Source: a virus (Duplodnaviria; Caudoviricetes). Taken from it: a stretch of DNA of 64,000 bases. The first letter of the stretch is position 1. Every line of letters starts with the position of its first letter. A model generated the notes under the pieces. It saw only the letters and a program-made list of their open reading frames with translations, was not told where the DNA came from and searched no databases. Positions 63,752 through 64,000 of this stretch are shown piece by piece. The stretch covers positions 1 to 64,000 of IMG/VR virus record IMGVR_UViG_3300022562_001605; one strand, given 5' to 3'. The position numbers and the translations under genes were made by a program.

Positions 63752-63953
63752 ATGCCTTTTCTTTTAATTTACTAATCGTTCTTTCAACCCATCTTTTAGC
63801 AGCTTCACAACCATAAACTTTAACTTCATATACTTCTGATGGTGTTTTAACAGTAGCTGTATATTCACGTAGATGTTTTGGACCCGCCGTTTCATTTGGG
63901 TAAATAAAATAACTAAATGTTCCGATTTTTCCAGAACTGAGCAGCGTTGACAT
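63729..63953 (-). CDS. hypothetical protein
   Basis: 74 aa, overlaps the acb1 start. Confidence 0.5.
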   Translation of the reverse strand: MSTLLSSGKIGTFSYFIYPNETAGPKHLREYTATVKTPSEVYEVKVYGCEAAKRWVERTISKLKEKAYDNYGND

Positions 63954-64000
63954 TATACACTATACCCTTTTATATGTCACGAAATATAATTCGTCGGTCT

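Noticed and set aside
63952-63980. GTGACA-17-TATAAT minus-strand promoter
   Set aside because: Its -10 overlaps the putative start codon of 63729-63953 and the context runs off the window edge; not listed as a supported feature.
1-64000. Stop-codon reassignment
   Set aside because: Conserved genes (rIIA, UvsW, primase, clamp loader) are uninterrupted in the standard code, and TAA, TAG and TGA all end coupled ORFs.

Overview
AT-rich, gene-dense 64 kb segment of a large (jumbo) T4-related myovirus genome. It uses the standard genetic code; I see no CRISPR array, tRNA or rRNA. Positions 1-20.5 kb are a plus-strand early/accessory region of small ORFs: a tandem array of tiny membrane proteins, AAA ATPase, PagP-like outer-membrane barrel, T7 gp0.7-like kinase, KdsB, an orphan LeuRS C-terminal domain and a zincin. 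Positions 20.5-24.6 kb are a divergent block with two DNA methyltransferases and MazG. Positions 24.6-64 kb are mostly minus strand: rIIA/rIIB, Hsp20 with a ROSE-like leader, a SOR-like sulfur protein, Nudix, DEDDh exonuclease, ErpA, tail fibre genes, clamp loader, GroES-like chaperonin, UvsW/UvsY, primase, ClpP and Acb1. Both sigma70 promoters and T4-late-type (N)ATAAATA promoters are visible. The most striking observations are: (1) a circularly permuted two-piece tmRNA (tag ANDAFYDEELRLAA) between Acb1 and ClpP; (2) 32 Gly-Ser-Pro motifs in loops of three tail proteins, varied at DNA level and suggesting a virion post-translational modification sequon; (3) a half-size sulfur oxygenase reductase-like protein retaining Cys/His/His/Glu; (4) a ~220 nt structured intergenic RNA candidate; (5) a minimal DnaE core split into two genes 14 kb apart. 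All family calls come from motif recognition by eye, without database searches.
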